Assembly: GCA_035221665.1 (NCBI GenBank)
Contig: CM069141.1
Coordinates: 42,036,001 to 42,100,000 of the forward strand
Reading direction: 5' to 3'
Origin: Okamejei kenojei
Lineage: Eukaryota
DNA: 64,000 nucleotides
The notes under the pieces were generated by a model. The model was not told the DNA's origin. It saw nothing but the letters and a program-made list of their open reading frames with translations, and ran no database searches. The position numbers and the translations under genes were made by a program. Of this stretch, positions 63,291 through 64,000 are shown piece by piece. Position 1 is the stretch's first letter. The number at the start of each line of letters is the position of its first letter.

Positions 63291-64000
63291 TTCTCTGCGT
63301 GTCCGTGCGTGCGTGCTTCTCCATGCGCGTTTCTGTGTGCGCGCGCATGCGATCATATCTACGCCAAAATGTACACAGCAGAGCTAAATTTTTTGCGGAA
63401 CCTTACTCAGCTTTTTCCCGTCGTCATACTTGTCACGTTTCCTTCAGATTTCATGCTATATTTCACGTTATTGATATTTAATGGTTTGTAAAAGATAATT
63501 TTAAAAATATTTTTACTGTTAAATCCTTGCAGCCCCAGCTTACAAACTTCCATACAGTTGCCATCCAGGAACACCCTGTGCTTCCATCAAGTTTCTACCT
63601 GAACGGAATCTCACAGTCCACGGACATCTCCAACAATGTTGCCATCATCGAACTCCTGCTCCTGCCAACACAGGAGGGGGAGGGGCCAGTGGAAGTGGAA
63701 TTGGAAGTGCTGGGGGAGGCAGGGGAAATGCAATTGGATTTATTTATTTATTTTATTTTTTTTAGGTCCCGCGCTGGAGGAGGCAGGGCAGTGGTGGAAT
63801 CTTATGTTGGTGAATGGGTTGCGCTGGGTGACCGTGGGGGCAATGGGTGAGTGGTGGAATATTGCGTTGGGGTCAGGCCTCCCGTCTAACAGGGACCCAA
63901 CGGGTCCCACATGGTCTAGTATACAATAAAAGACACAGAAATTGACTTCTGCTTGTACATTGTGAATTTGCTCAGTAGGGAGCCAAGTTGGAAAGGCAGC

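Larger units (their letters stand above)
58800..63919 (+). mobile_element. Helitron-like non-autonomous element with nested LINEs (5' boundary uncertain)
   Basis: 3' end hairpin GGGACCC-aac-GGGTCCC (63892-63908) followed by CTAG|T (63916-63920). The TG-rich body at 59030-59175 reappears at 59710-59790 and 63290-63350. Confidence 0.6.

Overview
Eukaryotic genomic DNA, about three quarters transposon-derived by eye. The repeat set (CR1 LINEs, HE1-type tRNA SINEs, Penelope, DIRS, hAT, PIF/Harbinger, Rex1-type LINEs, Helitron ends) points to a cartilaginous fish, probably a skate or ray (inference). One host gene is supported: a TIM-family (HAVCR1/TIMD4-like) receptor on the minus strand. Its parts are a leader exon (39459-39507), an IgV exon (38797-39154), one or two short stalk exons (27109-27185, 19861-19934) and a TM exon (17331-17439); the last exon is uncertain. 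Main points of interest: (1) the IgV exon has a +1 frameshift as assembled; (2) the TM helix contains an Arg, as in adaptor-coupled activating receptors; (3) the two stalk exons are frame-incompatible, and read-through of one gives a second TM segment; (4) the lipid-binding WFND motif reads PFND; (5) a solo LTR sits just upstream of the gene; (6) Penelope ends carry minimal hammerhead ribozyme cores, one sense to the TIM pre-mRNA; (7) two hAT elements inserted 1 bp apart; (8) a structurally complete DIRS element is present. Most ORFs in the track are transposon fragments or antisense shadows. All calls were made by eye, and repeat boundaries without a cited TSD are approximate.
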